A program made the position numbers and the translations under genes. Shown piece after piece: positions 49,590-60,309 of a stretch of DNA of 64,000 nucleotides. The notes beneath the pieces are model-generated. The model was given only the letters and a program-made list of their open reading frames with translations, did not search any database and was not told the origin of the DNA. Positions within the stretch are counted from its first letter, which is position 1; the number at the start of each line of letters is the position of its first letter. Origin of the DNA: a virus (lineage: Duplodnaviria > Caudoviricetes); IMG/VR virus record IMGVR_UViG_2660238657_000001, positions 96,001 through 160,000 of that record; one strand, given 5' to 3'.

Positions 49590-51191
49590 GTGGATAATAA
49601 AAAAAATCAAGTTAATAAGAAAATACCTGTAATATTTCAGAAATTAGATCAATATGAAAGCGAATATAGTGACATCAGATTTTTAAAAGTTAAAATATGG
49701 CTTATGCATTTAGGTGAAAATTTTAACGGCAGTTATTTTTCAAAGGAAGTAGTGGAAAATGCTATTCCTAGTTTAAGTAATACTCCTATATTAACTTATA
49801 TAGAAACTAATTCAAGTGGTGAAGAGGATTTTTCAGACCATAGAACTATCATTGTTGTTAAGAATGGAGAACAGAAGTTTAAATATTTAGGACAAGCAAT
49901 AGGAGTGATTCCTGAATCCAATAATGCTCAATTTGAAATGAGATTATGCGATGATGGAATAGAAAGAGAATTTTTGACAGTTGAAGGTTTGATATGGGCT
50001 AAATGGGACAATCCTATTGAGATTTTTGAAAATCAAAATATCAAACCACAATCAATGGAGTTGGCAAGTGATTATACAGGAGAATTTAAAGAAGATAAGC
50101 TATTTCATTTTACTGACTTTAAATTCTTTGGTGCATGTGCATTAGGATCAGATATAGAACCTGCTATGATTAACTCTACAATTGAAGCGCAATTTAGTAA
50201 ACAAAGTATATTTGAAGATATTCAAGTGTATATGGAACAATTTAAGAAATTTAATAAAAATAAAGAAAATGGAAGTGAGGTAAAAGACATGGGTAAAAAT
50301 AAAACTAATTTTAGCCTTAGCACAGAAAATTTAATAGATGAGATCAGAAAAGTTCTTAGAGAAAGAAAAATTATAGTAAAAGATTATTGGGGAGATTCAT
50401 ATGAAGAGAATGAGTTTTATTATAGAGATATAAAAGACGATGTTGTAGTTGTCATATCCAACGATTGGACTCAACTATATGGTATTCCTTGTACGGTATC
50501 AGGTGATACAGTTACTTTAGATTTTGATAATAAAGTACCTTATGTTAGTGATTTCAGACCTAAAGAAGATGGAGATACCGAAGTTGAAATTAATTTCTCA
50601 TCAATATTAAATAATAGAATTAAATATTCAGTAGAAAAGGCACAACAAAAGGCACAAGACGAAATTAACATTGTAGAAACAGAAGAGTATAAAACTTTAA
50701 ATACTGAATATACAAAATTAAAAAGTCAATTAGATGAATTCTCTAAAAAGAAAGATATTAAAGAAAATAATAATTCAGTAAATGAGCAATTTTCAAATTT
50801 ACAATCAAACTACGATGATTTAAAGAGTAAGTTTGATACTATAAATAAGGAATTTGAATGTTTAAAAAAAACAAATTCTGAATTAGAAGAAGTTAAAAAT
50901 GAATTTGAAAAAGAAAAGTTAACTCAGTCAGTTGATAAATCATTAAAAGAATTTTCATTTACAGATGAAGAAGTTAAAGATATTAGAAAACAAGCAATAA
51001 ACCAAGAAATATCTTTAGATGAACTAAAAGAAAAATGTTATGTATTAGTAGGTAAAAAGGCTTTACAAGGTAATCAACAATTCACTAGCGCAGAATACAA
51101 TGAAAAGGCTTCTGTAAGAATAAACAACACAGAAAACACTAAAAGTATCTATGGTGAATTAACAAATTATTTTGAAAATCTTAACAAATAA
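49590..51191 (+). CDS. Prohead protease/scaffold (YonD-like)
   Basis: H..N.NGSYF, QSMEL, GACALG..EPAM; coiled-coil C-terminus; position after portal. Confidence 0.75.
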   Translation: MDNKKNQVNKKIPVIFQKLDQYESEYSDIRFLKVKIWLMHLGENFNGSYFSKEVVENAIPSLSNTPILTYIETNSSGEEDFSDHRTIIVVKNGEQKFKYLGQAIGVIPESNNAQFEMRLCDDGIEREFLTVEGLIWAKWDNPIEIFENQNIKPQSMELASDYTGEFKEDKLFHFTDFKFFGACALGSDIEPAMINSTIEAQFSKQSIFEDIQVYMEQFKKFNKNKENGSEVKDMGKNKTNFSLSTENLIDEIRKVLRERKIIVKDYWGDSYEENEFYYRDIKDDVVVVISNDWTQLYGIPCTVSGDTVTLDFDNKVPYVSDFRPKEDGDTEVEINFSSILNNRIKYSVEKAQQKAQDEINIVETEEYKTLNTEYTKLKSQLDEFSKKKDIKENNNSVNEQFSNLQSNYDDLKSKFDTINKEFECLKKTNSELEEVKNEFEKEKLTQSVDKSLKEFSFTDEEVKDIRKQAINQEISLDELKEKCYVLVGKKALQGNQQFTSAEYNEKASVRINNTENTKSIYGELTNYFENLNK

Positions 51192-51230
51192 ATTAAAAAA
51201 TAATTAAAATATGAAGGAGGTCATTATATA

Positions 51231-51707
51231 ATGGCAAAGACAAATAAAACAATAATAAGATTAGACAAGGTTAAAGCAACAGCACATATTGAGTCAATTA
51301 AATTTGACGGAGATTTAGAAAATGGTATGTTCGTATCATTAGGTAAATTAGCATCAGATGGTGAAGTAAGAGTAGCTACAGCACCAAAGGATGTTGAAAA
51401 AGATAGTATAGTAATACATGCATCTTCACCTTTAATGTATAACGAAACTTTACAAGAAGAAGATTTTATATTAGTAAAAGGAAATACAGGCAGAGGTTAT
51501 GTACTAGAAGTAGGAGATATTTATACTATTACAGATAATGGTATTGACGGAGCAACAGAAGTGGGGAAATTTGTAGTTCCACAAGCTAGTAATGTTAAAG
51601 GGAAAGCTACGCAGGATCTAACAAATGAAAAAATAGCATTAGAAGTAATTGCAAAGGAAACTTTAGCAGGATACAAAGCATCAGTTCTTAGAGTTATAAG
51701 AGCGTAA
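51231..51707 (+). CDS. Capsid decoration/stabilising protein
   Basis: LENGMFV motif; between scaffold and capsid genes. Confidence 0.65.
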   Translation: MAKTNKTIIRLDKVKATAHIESIKFDGDLENGMFVSLGKLASDGEVRVATAPKDVEKDSIVIHASSPLMYNETLQEEDFILVKGNTGRGYVLEVGDIYTITDNGIDGATEVGKFVVPQASNVKGKATQDLTNEKIALEVIAKETLAGYKASVLRVIRA

Positions 51708-51787
51708 TTAAATTTTAAAATAATATATAAACACATAAATAAAAATAAATTAAAAATATTTACATAAAACGGGAGTGAGATAACAAT

Positions 51788-52771
51788 ATGAAAACAAAAC
51801 TAACAGATATACAACAATTAGTAGTAGATATATGTAAAGGAGATGTAAGACAAAACTTTTCTAAAGCTGATGGTGAAGAGGTATTAAGACAAAAAATACT
51901 TGACACAGTGGGTGGAGAATGGAATTTTTATTCTTATAAAAAGAATCAATGGGAAATATTTGAGTTAATCAAAGAAGTAATATCACCTGCTACTGGAGTT
52001 TTAGTAGAAGAAAGTCTATCAGCGTTTGTAGACGTACATGATGTAGCGCTAGGAGACAAACCTGTATTTGATATAGAAGACAATTCATTATTTAGAGTTG
52101 CCACTATATCAACAGGGACTAACGATATTAGAAGACAAAAAATTTATGGTAAGACTTTACAAGTGGAAGTTGAAAACATTGGATTAAAAATTTATGAAGA
52201 TTTTGACAGGTTTGTAAGTGGAAGATGTGACTTTGCTAGTATGATAGAGAAAGTTAAAAAATCTTTTTCTAATGAATTAGCAACTAGAGTATACAATGCA
52301 ATTAAAGGAGCATTTGATGATTTAACAGCTCCATATGGAGTAAAAGGTACATTTAAATCCGACGACTTAGCTGATTTAATAGCACATGTACAATCTGCAA
52401 CAGGACAAGGAGTAAGAGTATATGGAACTAAAAAAGCTCTTGGTAAAATAACGTCTGCTGTACCTTCAGATAAAATGAAAGACGAGCTAAATCTTTTAGG
52501 ACATTATGGGGTGTTCCAAGGAACAGACTTAGTTGAATTGCCACAAGGACATGTTGCAGGAACAAATACTTTTGCAATGGATGATAACATGTTATTTGTT
52601 ATTCCAGATGACACAAAGATAGTCAAACTTGTATTAGAAGGAGAACCTATTGTATACGAAAATACTTCTGCTACCGCAAGAAACGATCAACAAATCGAGT
52701 TCCTATTTGAAAGAAAAGCAGGGGTTGGCGTATTAAAGGCTTCTGTATATGGAATTTATAAATTGGCATAA
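51788..52771 (+). CDS. Major capsid protein
   Basis: 327 aa, SPbeta-like synteny, followed by terminator. Confidence 0.8.
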   Translation: MKTKLTDIQQLVVDICKGDVRQNFSKADGEEVLRQKILDTVGGEWNFYSYKKNQWEIFELIKEVISPATGVLVEESLSAFVDVHDVALGDKPVFDIEDNSLFRVATISTGTNDIRRQKIYGKTLQVEVENIGLKIYEDFDRFVSGRCDFASMIEKVKKSFSNELATRVYNAIKGAFDDLTAPYGVKGTFKSDDLADLIAHVQSATGQGVRVYGTKKALGKITSAVPSDKMKDELNLLGHYGVFQGTDLVELPQGHVAGTNTFAMDDNMLFVIPDDTKIVKLVLEGEPIVYENTSATARNDQQIEFLFERKAGVGVLKASVYGIYKLA

Positions 52772-52778
52772 TTAAATT

Positions 52779-52810
52779 AAAAAGAGGTTGGTATTATTCA
52801 ATCTCTTTTT
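52779..52810 (+). terminator. Intrinsic terminator after capsid gene
   Basis: AAAAGAGGTTG/CAATCTCTTTT. Confidence 0.65.
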
Positions 52811-52839
52811 AAACCATAAAAATAATATAATTAGAAAGG

Positions 52840-53484
52840 ATGATAAAAAACATGGCTACAGCTAAAAAGAAAGAAGAATTGAAAGAAACTGAAGTACCGC
52901 AAGAGAACGAGACTATAATAACAAAAAAAAGTGAATCTAAAAACAAAGAAGATAATAAACCGTTGGCAAGAAAAGATTTAAGAAAGTTAATAACTAACGA
53001 TTTGGAAATAGTAATAATGAATAATACAAATAATAAATTCACATATGAATGTCCTAGAACTCATAGGAGTTATGACATGACTTCTTATGGTGATTTAGAT
53101 TACATAACTTATGAAGAACTTAATGCTATGAAAAATAAATACAGAATAATTCTTCAAGATTATTGGATATTACCAATTGATGTAATAAGTGATGATGTTA
53201 CATTGGAGGATGTTTTACAATTTGCAGGACTTAAGGATATATATAAAGCTGAGATGCTACAATCTGATTTTATTGATGAATTGCTAATAAACAAAGATAT
53301 AAATGAATTTATGGATATAATGCAAAAAGTAACAAATAAGTACATTTTATCAATAGTAGATAGGGCAGTAGCTTTATTTAAAGAAAATAAATTTAATGAT
53401 TATAGCAAAATGTCAGTATTAGAGAACAAAGTTCAAAAGCCTGATTTATTCAAAGAAATATCAGAGCAAATACAAGAACAATAA
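52840..53484 (+). CDS. Hypothetical virion-module protein
   Basis: Synteny (YonA-like position). Confidence 0.7.
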   Translation: MIKNMATAKKKEELKETEVPQENETIITKKSESKNKEDNKPLARKDLRKLITNDLEIVIMNNTNNKFTYECPRTHRSYDMTSYGDLDYITYEELNAMKNKYRIILQDYWILPIDVISDDVTLEDVLQFAGLKDIYKAEMLQSDFIDELLINKDINEFMDIMQKVTNKYILSIVDRAVALFKENKFNDYSKMSVLENKVQKPDLFKEISEQIQEQ

Positions 53485-53501
53485 AGAGGAGGTGCTTATT
53501 T

Positions 53502-53930
53502 ATGAGTACCCCATTTTCTAAAATATATGATAAATTTTTATCACAAATAGAAGATGGTGATATAGCTAATTTATCAGAAGGTGATTTAAAAGCAATTTTA
53601 TTTAGTTATATGGATACTTCTATATCATTGGAATTTAAACAATGTAAAAAAGATTTATTAAATCATGTAGATATGGATAAAGAAGAATTTACAGTTGATA
53701 TTACAAGTGAAGAAATAAATATAATTGCATTAGGAATGGTAGTTGCTTATCTTCAACCTAAAATAAGACACGAACAATTACTTATTCAACAAATAGGCGA
53801 TAGAGATTATAAAACTTTTTCAGGTGCAAATTTATTAAAAGAATTAATGGAATTAGAACAATTAACGAAACGCAGACTTAGAGAATATGTAAATTCATAT
53901 ACATATAACAAAATACTACAAGGTGATTAA
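53502..53930 (+). CDS. Probable head-tail adaptor
   Basis: MSTPFSKIYDKFL..EEINIIALGM; position. Confidence 0.65.
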   Translation: MSTPFSKIYDKFLSQIEDGDIANLSEGDLKAILFSYMDTSISLEFKQCKKDLLNHVDMDKEEFTVDITSEEINIIALGMVVAYLQPKIRHEQLLIQQIGDRDYKTFSGANLLKELMELEQLTKRRLREYVNSYTYNKILQGD

Positions 53931-55173
53931 TATGGATTATTTTGAGAGATACAAACGCAGAGTAAATATAAATGGTGCAAATAATAAAGAAAAAATTATA
54001 AATCGAAAAATTAAACAATTTGAGAGATATATTAATAATGCACCAGATACATATAAAGTAAGTATAAACAACTCTAAAGAATTATATAAAGGAACGTTTC
54101 AAGATGTAAGTCCTAATAATCCTAAAAACAATGGGGATGAAAAATACTTTGTTACATATAATAAAACACCTGCATATGTAGGTTGTGTAATTAAATGGTT
54201 TCATAAGGATTGGATAATAGTAGATAAAGAACATAATTCAATTCAGGATCATCAAACATTTAAAATAAGACCATGTAATCACTTATTAAAATGGATATCT
54301 AAAGATGGTCAAATTCAAACACATGTAGCATTGATAAACAATGAACAGTTATATACTACAGGTGTTACAGAGGATAAATACAAGCAATGGGGTAATTCTA
54401 AAGAAAGTATTATATTACCTCTTAATGAAGTGACTCAAACTATATATGAAGATATGAGATTAATAATTAATAGACATTGTTGGAAAGTTACTTTTATAAA
54501 TGAAGATTATAAAGGTTTATTAACCATAATGTGCGAACAAGATAAGATTAATAATAATACTGATAATCGTGAATTAGGCATAGCAGATTATTATAAATAT
54601 CAAAATCATTATGATTTAAAAATACTAAATAAAAACCCAATTTTATCAACTTTGGGGACAACTACGACCCTTGATATTCAATGCTTTAAGAATGATAAGA
54701 AAGTTGAAAACCCTATATTAAAATATGCTATTTCAAATGAAGAAATAGCTAAAATTGAAGGCCATAAAATAGTAGGGTTAAAATATGGAACTTGCAAGCT
54801 TACAATTGAATATGAAGGAATCCAACAGACGGTAGATGTTCATATATTAGAGAATCAAACTAATAACTTTACCACTCAGATTGAGGGTAAATTAACTCTT
54901 CCATGGGGTCGCAAGGCTACATATAAAGTTACATTTGTAGATAATGGAGAACCATATAATGATGTATGTGAATTCACTTTAACTGATGAGAATGGTAAAA
55001 AAACTAAATTAGCTAAGATTATAAAAGTTGATAAAGAAAACTGTACTTGTACTATAGAAGCAAACCGTAATCAAGATGAAGGAATAGTATTGTTACATTG
55101 TAAAAATAGAATAGACAATGAAGAAATTAAAAAGATTGAGATTATGTCTGCTTGGATATCAGATTATAATTAA
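53923..55173 (+). CDS. Probable head-closure protein with Ig-like domains
   Basis: beta-rich; ISNEEIAKIEG..GTCKLT Big_2-like segment. Confidence 0.6.
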   Translation: MINMDYFERYKRRVNINGANNKEKIINRKIKQFERYINNAPDTYKVSINNSKELYKGTFQDVSPNNPKNNGDEKYFVTYNKTPAYVGCVIKWFHKDWIIVDKEHNSIQDHQTFKIRPCNHLLKWISKDGQIQTHVALINNEQLYTTGVTEDKYKQWGNSKESIILPLNEVTQTIYEDMRLIINRHCWKVTFINEDYKGLLTIMCEQDKINNNTDNRELGIADYYKYQNHYDLKILNKNPILSTLGTTTTLDIQCFKNDKKVENPILKYAISNEEIAKIEGHKIVGLKYGTCKLTIEYEGIQQTVDVHILENQTNNFTTQIEGKLTLPWGRKATYKVTFVDNGEPYNDVCEFTLTDENGKKTKLAKIIKVDKENCTCTIEANRNQDEGIVLLHCKNRIDNEEIKKIEIMSAWISDYN

Positions 55174-55214
55174 AATAAATATAGAACAAATTAAAAAAAT
55201 AAAACAAATGGAAG

Positions 55215-56099
55215 GTGTTGTACATGATAGACGGAAAAAAGAAAAGATGGCATATTACTAAGGATGATATTCTAAGTTTAGATACTGTAACTTATACAAA
55301 TGTAGCAGTAGCAAAATTAAAACCATTACCATCAATTTGTGAGCCTAATTCAAGTATTGTTAATCATTTTGTAGAAATATTTGATAACGACGGTAAACAA
55401 CTTGAAGAAATACCTATGGCTGAAATAGATAGTGAGGCCAGCATAGGTAAATTTGCCGTTGATGCTAGTAATACTATTTATTTAGTAATTGCTAAAACTG
55501 AGAAAGTTGAAGTTGAGGAACAAGTGAAAGAAGAAGTTCCTGATAATAGTATTCCAATGACTGAATTGCAACCTGCTGTTAAAAATGACAGTAAGGTAGA
55601 GAGCAAAGAGGCAGGCACTCAGACTGAAGATGAAAAAAATAAGGCAAAAGAAGACTCAGGTAAAGGAGTAACTGCTGAACATGATACTTCAAAAGATAAT
55701 GAGCATACTGAAATAGTAGCAAAATCAAGAAGTGTTGAAGTACCTACTGTAAGTCAATTATCTGCAACTGTTATTAGTCCAGAAGGGGAGGTGAAAACTA
55801 AAACCATAATTAAAACTGTTAAAAAGATAGTTACAAAACCTTTAAGTCTTACATTAGAAGAGATTAAGAAAAGATTTCAATACTTTGATGTAATCTATAG
55901 ATTAAAAGATTCTGTAAAAGTAGTTGAAGGTGAATTTTTACTAACTGTATATGATAATTTAAAAGATTTTTATATATATAAAAGTTTGCCTGTAGATGAA
56001 GCTAAAATGATGACATTAATGAAGACTTTAATATCTAGCTCAGATACAAGTTCAATGGGACTATTAGAATTCTATACCGAACCTTTATTAGCTGAATAG
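55215..56099 (+). CDS. Hypothetical protein with acidic low-complexity insert
   Basis: ORF in structural operon. Confidence 0.7.
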   Translation: MLYMIDGKKKRWHITKDDILSLDTVTYTNVAVAKLKPLPSICEPNSSIVNHFVEIFDNDGKQLEEIPMAEIDSEASIGKFAVDASNTIYLVIAKTEKVEVEEQVKEEVPDNSIPMTELQPAVKNDSKVESKEAGTQTEDEKNKAKEDSGKGVTAEHDTSKDNEHTEIVAKSRSVEVPTVSQLSATVISPEGEVKTKTIIKTVKKIVTKPLSLTLEEIKKRFQYFDVIYRLKDSVKVVEGEFLLTVYDNLKDFYIYKSLPVDEAKMMTLMKTLISSSDTSSMGLLEFYTEPLLAE

Positions 56100-56114
56100 A
56101 ATGGAGTTGATTAA

Positions 56115-56642
56115 ATGCCAATTACAACTTATAAAGATAGTGAATTTAAACATGGATTAGAGTTAAAAGATAGTTGTACTTTAAACAAATATCTTTTTGA
56201 TGTAGTTTATACATTAATGGATAATCAAAATTTATTAAAATTGTTAACTATCCCTAATAATCAACCGTTTAAGGCTGAAGGTATTGAAATAAGTAAGAAA
56301 AATCCTATTATTAATGAATATATATTTCCTTATCCAAAAGATATAAATACAACTACGGTTAAAGGAAGCCGTATTTATGTAAATTGGATTGATGGTAGAG
56401 AACAAGGAGGGGTATTCCAAGACTCTACCTTACAAATAGATATATTAGTTAGTAACGACAAGGATATTCTTCTTATTAATAAAGGCAGAAGGGATTTAGA
56501 AATTAAGTATGAGATACAAAAGACTTTGACAGGAGCGCATGGTTTAGGAGTAGGAGATCTAAATAAGCTAAGTTGGAATATAATTATGACCAATGATATG
56601 GTTGGATATAGTTTAAGATATTTCATAAAGGATTTCAGATAG
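56115..56642 (+). CDS. Probable tail terminator/completion protein
   Basis: Size, position, C-terminal GYSLRY. Confidence 0.55.
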   Translation: MPITTYKDSEFKHGLELKDSCTLNKYLFDVVYTLMDNQNLLKLLTIPNNQPFKAEGIEISKKNPIINEYIFPYPKDINTTTVKGSRIYVNWIDGREQGGVFQDSTLQIDILVSNDKDILLINKGRRDLEIKYEIQKTLTGAHGLGVGDLNKLSWNIIMTNDMVGYSLRYFIKDFR

Positions 56643-56644
56643 CT

Positions 56645-57385
56645 ATGAATAAAAATGCTAATTTAGTTGAAGTAGACGTTGATGACATCAAGCTAAAAAC
56701 ACTGGCTAATATACCTATAAGTATAACTAAATCAATAACTATATACCCTCTAACGCTTAAAGAAATTACTACATTAGGATATGATATTTATAATAAATCT
56801 TTGAACTACATATGCATAGATTTAAAGGATATTGAATATAACTATCAATCTTTAGCTAATATTACTACATTAGATTTTATAATTAATAGTTGTATCCAAG
56901 ATGCAAATTTTAAAATTATGTTTTTAAATGCCTTATCATTATTTTTAAGAAGTAAAATGCACTTTTTTGATAATAAAATATATGTTAATGAAATTCTGAA
57001 AGAAAATATCATTACAAATGACATATTTAAAAGTATACAAACAATAATTAAAGTGCAAAATTCTATAGAACAAAAAAAAGAAGATGGCTACAATGTTAAA
57101 AGTAAAAAAGGCAGAGAAATTTTAGAAAAGCTGAAGAAGGGTAAGGAAAAGTTAAATAAAGCAAAAGAGAACTTAAATTTAACATTATTTGATTTGGTTT
57201 CAATTTATTGTTCTTACAATAATAATACTAACCTATTAGATGTATGGGATTATAACATGTTTCAATTTAACGATCAATTTCAAAGAATTCAAATATTAGA
57301 GCAATACGATGTAAATATACAAGCATTATTACATGGTGCAAAAATGGAAGGAGAAAATCCTACATTTATAAAAAAAATAAATTAA
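56645..57385 (+). CDS. Hypothetical tail-assembly protein
   Basis: Position; C-terminal ALLHGAK. Confidence 0.6.
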   Translation: MNKNANLVEVDVDDIKLKTLANIPISITKSITIYPLTLKEITTLGYDIYNKSLNYICIDLKDIEYNYQSLANITTLDFIINSCIQDANFKIMFLNALSLFLRSKMHFFDNKIYVNEILKENIITNDIFKSIQTIIKVQNSIEQKKEDGYNVKSKKGREILEKLKKGKEKLNKAKENLNLTLFDLVSIYCSYNNNTNLLDVWDYNMFQFNDQFQRIQILEQYDVNIQALLHGAKMEGENPTFIKKIN

Positions 57386-57400
57386 ACAGGAGGAAATTTT

Positions 57401-58192
57401 ATGAGATTTGGTTCAAGAGAAGTATGCAATGTTGTTATAAAAGATATTGCAAATAAAAAACCTAAAATATATTTAGAAACATTAAAAATGAATAATATAG
57501 AAGTAGGGTCTAATACGGTGTATGCGGTCGGTGGACAGGGTATGCCTAAGCTCATAGGATGGAGCGGAAAGAAGGACGTAAAATTCAAGAATGAAGATGC
57601 TTTATTATCTCCAGAATCTTTTGCTGTTCTTTCAGGAAGTAAGATAAGCAGAGAAAAGAAAGTTATACATAAAAAAGAGAAATTTGAGGTGGATGAGAAT
57701 AAAAAAGTAATATTATCTCATGAACCTAGTGTAGATAAGAAGCATATATTTTATGTTGCACTATCTGATATTAGCGGTACTATTCCATCAAAAGAACTAA
57801 CAAAGGCAAAATCAAGTGGAAGTCCCACATCTGAAGAATATGATATAGATAAGAGTGATAATAAAACAGTTATTGTTCATGAAGATTTAGTAGGGAAAAC
57901 CATACTTATAGATTATTATTACATGTCAGAAGCAAATGTCACTACTTTGACTATTACAAGTGATGATTTTCCTAAAACATTTGCATTGGAAGCAGATACG
58001 TTGTTCAGAACAGAGGATGGAATTGATAGACCTTGTCACATCACAATACCAAAGGCTAAATTAGAAGGAAAATTTAGTGTAAATATGAAAGGTGATGGAG
58101 ATCCTTCAACATTTAAATTTGATTTTGAGTGTTTAAAACCTTCAAATGGTAAAGATATGGTTGTGTTTGACATAGAAATGGACGAAGAATAA
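57401..58192 (+). CDS. Major tail tube protein
   Basis: RFGSREVCNV, GG.G.PKL..W, IPKAK..GDP.TF.F. Confidence 0.75.
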   Translation: MRFGSREVCNVVIKDIANKKPKIYLETLKMNNIEVGSNTVYAVGGQGMPKLIGWSGKKDVKFKNEDALLSPESFAVLSGSKISREKKVIHKKEKFEVDENKKVILSHEPSVDKKHIFYVALSDISGTIPSKELTKAKSSGSPTSEEYDIDKSDNKTVIVHEDLVGKTILIDYYYMSEANVTTLTITSDDFPKTFALEADTLFRTEDGIDRPCHITIPKAKLEGKFSVNMKGDGDPSTFKFDFECLKPSNGKDMVVFDIEMDEE

Positions 58193-58209
58193 AAGGTGTT
58201 GATAAGATT

Positions 58210-58449
58210 ATGGATACTGTAGTAGAAAACAAGGATAACACAATAGAAAAAAGTATAGACGGTAAGAAAATAAATAGTAAAAAAAAGAAAAATATAAATA
58301 CAATTATCTTTAATAGTAAGAATATCAAAGGTAATTGTATACAAATAGAAGGTTTTTCTTTTAAGCTGTTAGACAAGGAATTAAAAGATAATGTTACTAT
58401 AAAATACATCAAAAATAATGGAAATATAGAAATAGTTGAAATTAACTAG
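58210..58449 (+). CDS. Hypothetical protein
   Basis: ORF followed by terminator-like hairpin. Confidence 0.6.
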   Translation: MDTVVENKDNTIEKSIDGKKINSKKKKNINTIIFNSKNIKGNCIQIEGFSFKLLDKELKDNVTIKYIKNNGNIEIVEIN

Positions 58450-58512
58450 GAGAGCTAAAAGGTTCTCCCTTATTTTTTAATTTTAGAGTTTGAAGAAAGG
58501 AGATGCGCTGTC

Positions 58513-59427
58513 ATGGATGTTAATATTATTAGAAAAATAACTAGTAATGGTGCTCAAGGTGGTGTTAATTATCCAACATGGATAGTTATACACGAAACCG
58601 ACAATGAAGATAAAGGGGCTAACGCTTTATGCCATGCGAGAGCATTAGCAAATGGAAATTTATCTTGTTCAGCACATTATTATGTAGATGAAAGTAATAT
58701 AGTACAAGTACACGAACATTGGACTGTAGCTAGTCACGTAGGTGTTAAATATGGAACTCCTCCAATTGGTGGAATAGGGAATAAAAATTCTATTGGCATT
58801 GAAATATGTGTCAATGAAGACAGTAATTACTCTAAAGCAAGACAAAATGCAATTGAGTTAACTAAATATTTAATATCTACTACTAAAATACCTGCTAGTA
58901 GAGTAGTTAAACACTACGATGCTTGTAAAAAGTATTGCCCTAGAAAAATGTTGGATTCGCCTAGTTTATGGAATGATTTCAAAAGTCAAATATCTAATGC
59001 ATCGGTTAATAGTTCTTCTGGTTTGCTAAAGATAGGAAGTAAAGAAGATAAAGTAAAACAATTACAAGCTAATTTAAATAAATTAGGATATACTTGTGGA
59101 AATGCAGATGGTATATTTGGTCAAGAGACTAAAAATGCAGTTATTTCATTTCAAAGAAATAACGAATTAAGTGCGGATGGAATAGTTGGCCAGAGTACTT
59201 GGAATAAAATCCTTAGTAATTTAGAGGATAGAAGATTTAAGCCACTATCTTTAAAAATGATTTATGATTCTCCCGCAATACAAATTAGAGATGGGTTTGT
59301 GAATATATCCAAGTATTTTTATAAAGACCAATTTATTACTGCAATAGATGAAAAGTTAGAATTTTATCTATTAGATATTAATGGTGTAAAAGCATGGATA
59401 CCTAAAAAAGCTACATCTCCAAGATAA
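58513..59427 (+). CDS. Endolysin: Amidase_2 + peptidoglycan-binding domain
   Basis: IVIHET, SAHYYVD, SIGIEIC, H..K.CP; DGIFG..T..AV..FQ..DGIVG. Confidence 0.92.
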   Translation: MDVNIIRKITSNGAQGGVNYPTWIVIHETDNEDKGANALCHARALANGNLSCSAHYYVDESNIVQVHEHWTVASHVGVKYGTPPIGGIGNKNSIGIEICVNEDSNYSKARQNAIELTKYLISTTKIPASRVVKHYDACKKYCPRKMLDSPSLWNDFKSQISNASVNSSSGLLKIGSKEDKVKQLQANLNKLGYTCGNADGIFGQETKNAVISFQRNNELSADGIVGQSTWNKILSNLEDRRFKPLSLKMIYDSPAIQIRDGFVNISKYFYKDQFITAIDEKLEFYLLDINGVKAWIPKKATSPR

Positions 59428-59473
59428 TAGGTAAATCAATTAAAATCCATACATATAAAAGGAGGAGGTTTAT

Positions 59474-59860
59474 ATGAAAGAACAATTATTAAATGAGATT
59501 ATAAAATGTATATTTGCTATAGTAATAATGTTAGTAGGTCAATTAACATTACAAATACAATCATTTATAAAGAAAAAGAAGGCTTTAGCAATTCAACAAG
59601 GAAAAGCTGAAGTGTATAATAATGCAAAGTATATGGCTGAAGGAGTATACACTTTATTAGAACATAATTTCAAGGATCTAAAAAAGTCTGGTGAAGCTAA
59701 AAAGAATGAAATGGATAGAATATTAAAATCACATTTTCCAAGTTTAACAGATGAAGAACTTGACGTTATTAATAAACAAGTATGGAATAAGCTTAATGAC
59801 AACGTGATTAAAGAATTAAAAACTCCAATAGTTATAACTAAAGAAGAAGTAACAGAATAA
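59474..59860 (+). CDS. Probable holin (LL-H-like)
   Basis: Single N-terminal TM, GEAKK motif, next to endolysin. Confidence 0.65.
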   Translation: MKEQLLNEIIKCIFAIVIMLVGQLTLQIQSFIKKKKALAIQQGKAEVYNNAKYMAEGVYTLLEHNFKDLKKSGEAKKNEMDRILKSHFPSLTDEELDVINKQVWNKLNDNVIKELKTPIVITKEEVTE

Positions 59861-59866
59861 TTTATT

Positions 59867-59894
59867 TTAGGACAAGCTAATTAGTTTGTCCTAA
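59867..59894 (+). terminator. Terminator ending late operon
   Basis: TTAGGACAAGCT/AGTTTGTCCTAA + T-run. Confidence 0.7.
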
Positions 59895-60309
59895 TTTTAT
59901 ATTAAATATTGTAATGTGTTTTTATTAAAAATATTTGGATAAAGATAATTTAGAATATTTAATAAATGAAAATTAAAGATATATAAATAGACAAAATTAA
60001 AAGAACATTGATAACCAGAGTCGTAGTCTATCAATGTTCTTTTAAAACATACAGTACTAATGTATGATACGATTAATTATATTATACCATTTTAGATAAT
60101 TATTGCAACAAAAATAACATTAATTTTAAATAAAATTTAAAATGTTTATGATAATAAAATAATATGTTATATGAAATTAATTATATTGCAATTATATTTA
60201 TATATATGAATAATAAATTCAATATACGAAATGTATTACATATTTACAAATAGTTAGAAAATAAATTGACATATTTAACTACCGATGGTAAAGTGTTTAC
60301 CATAAAACA

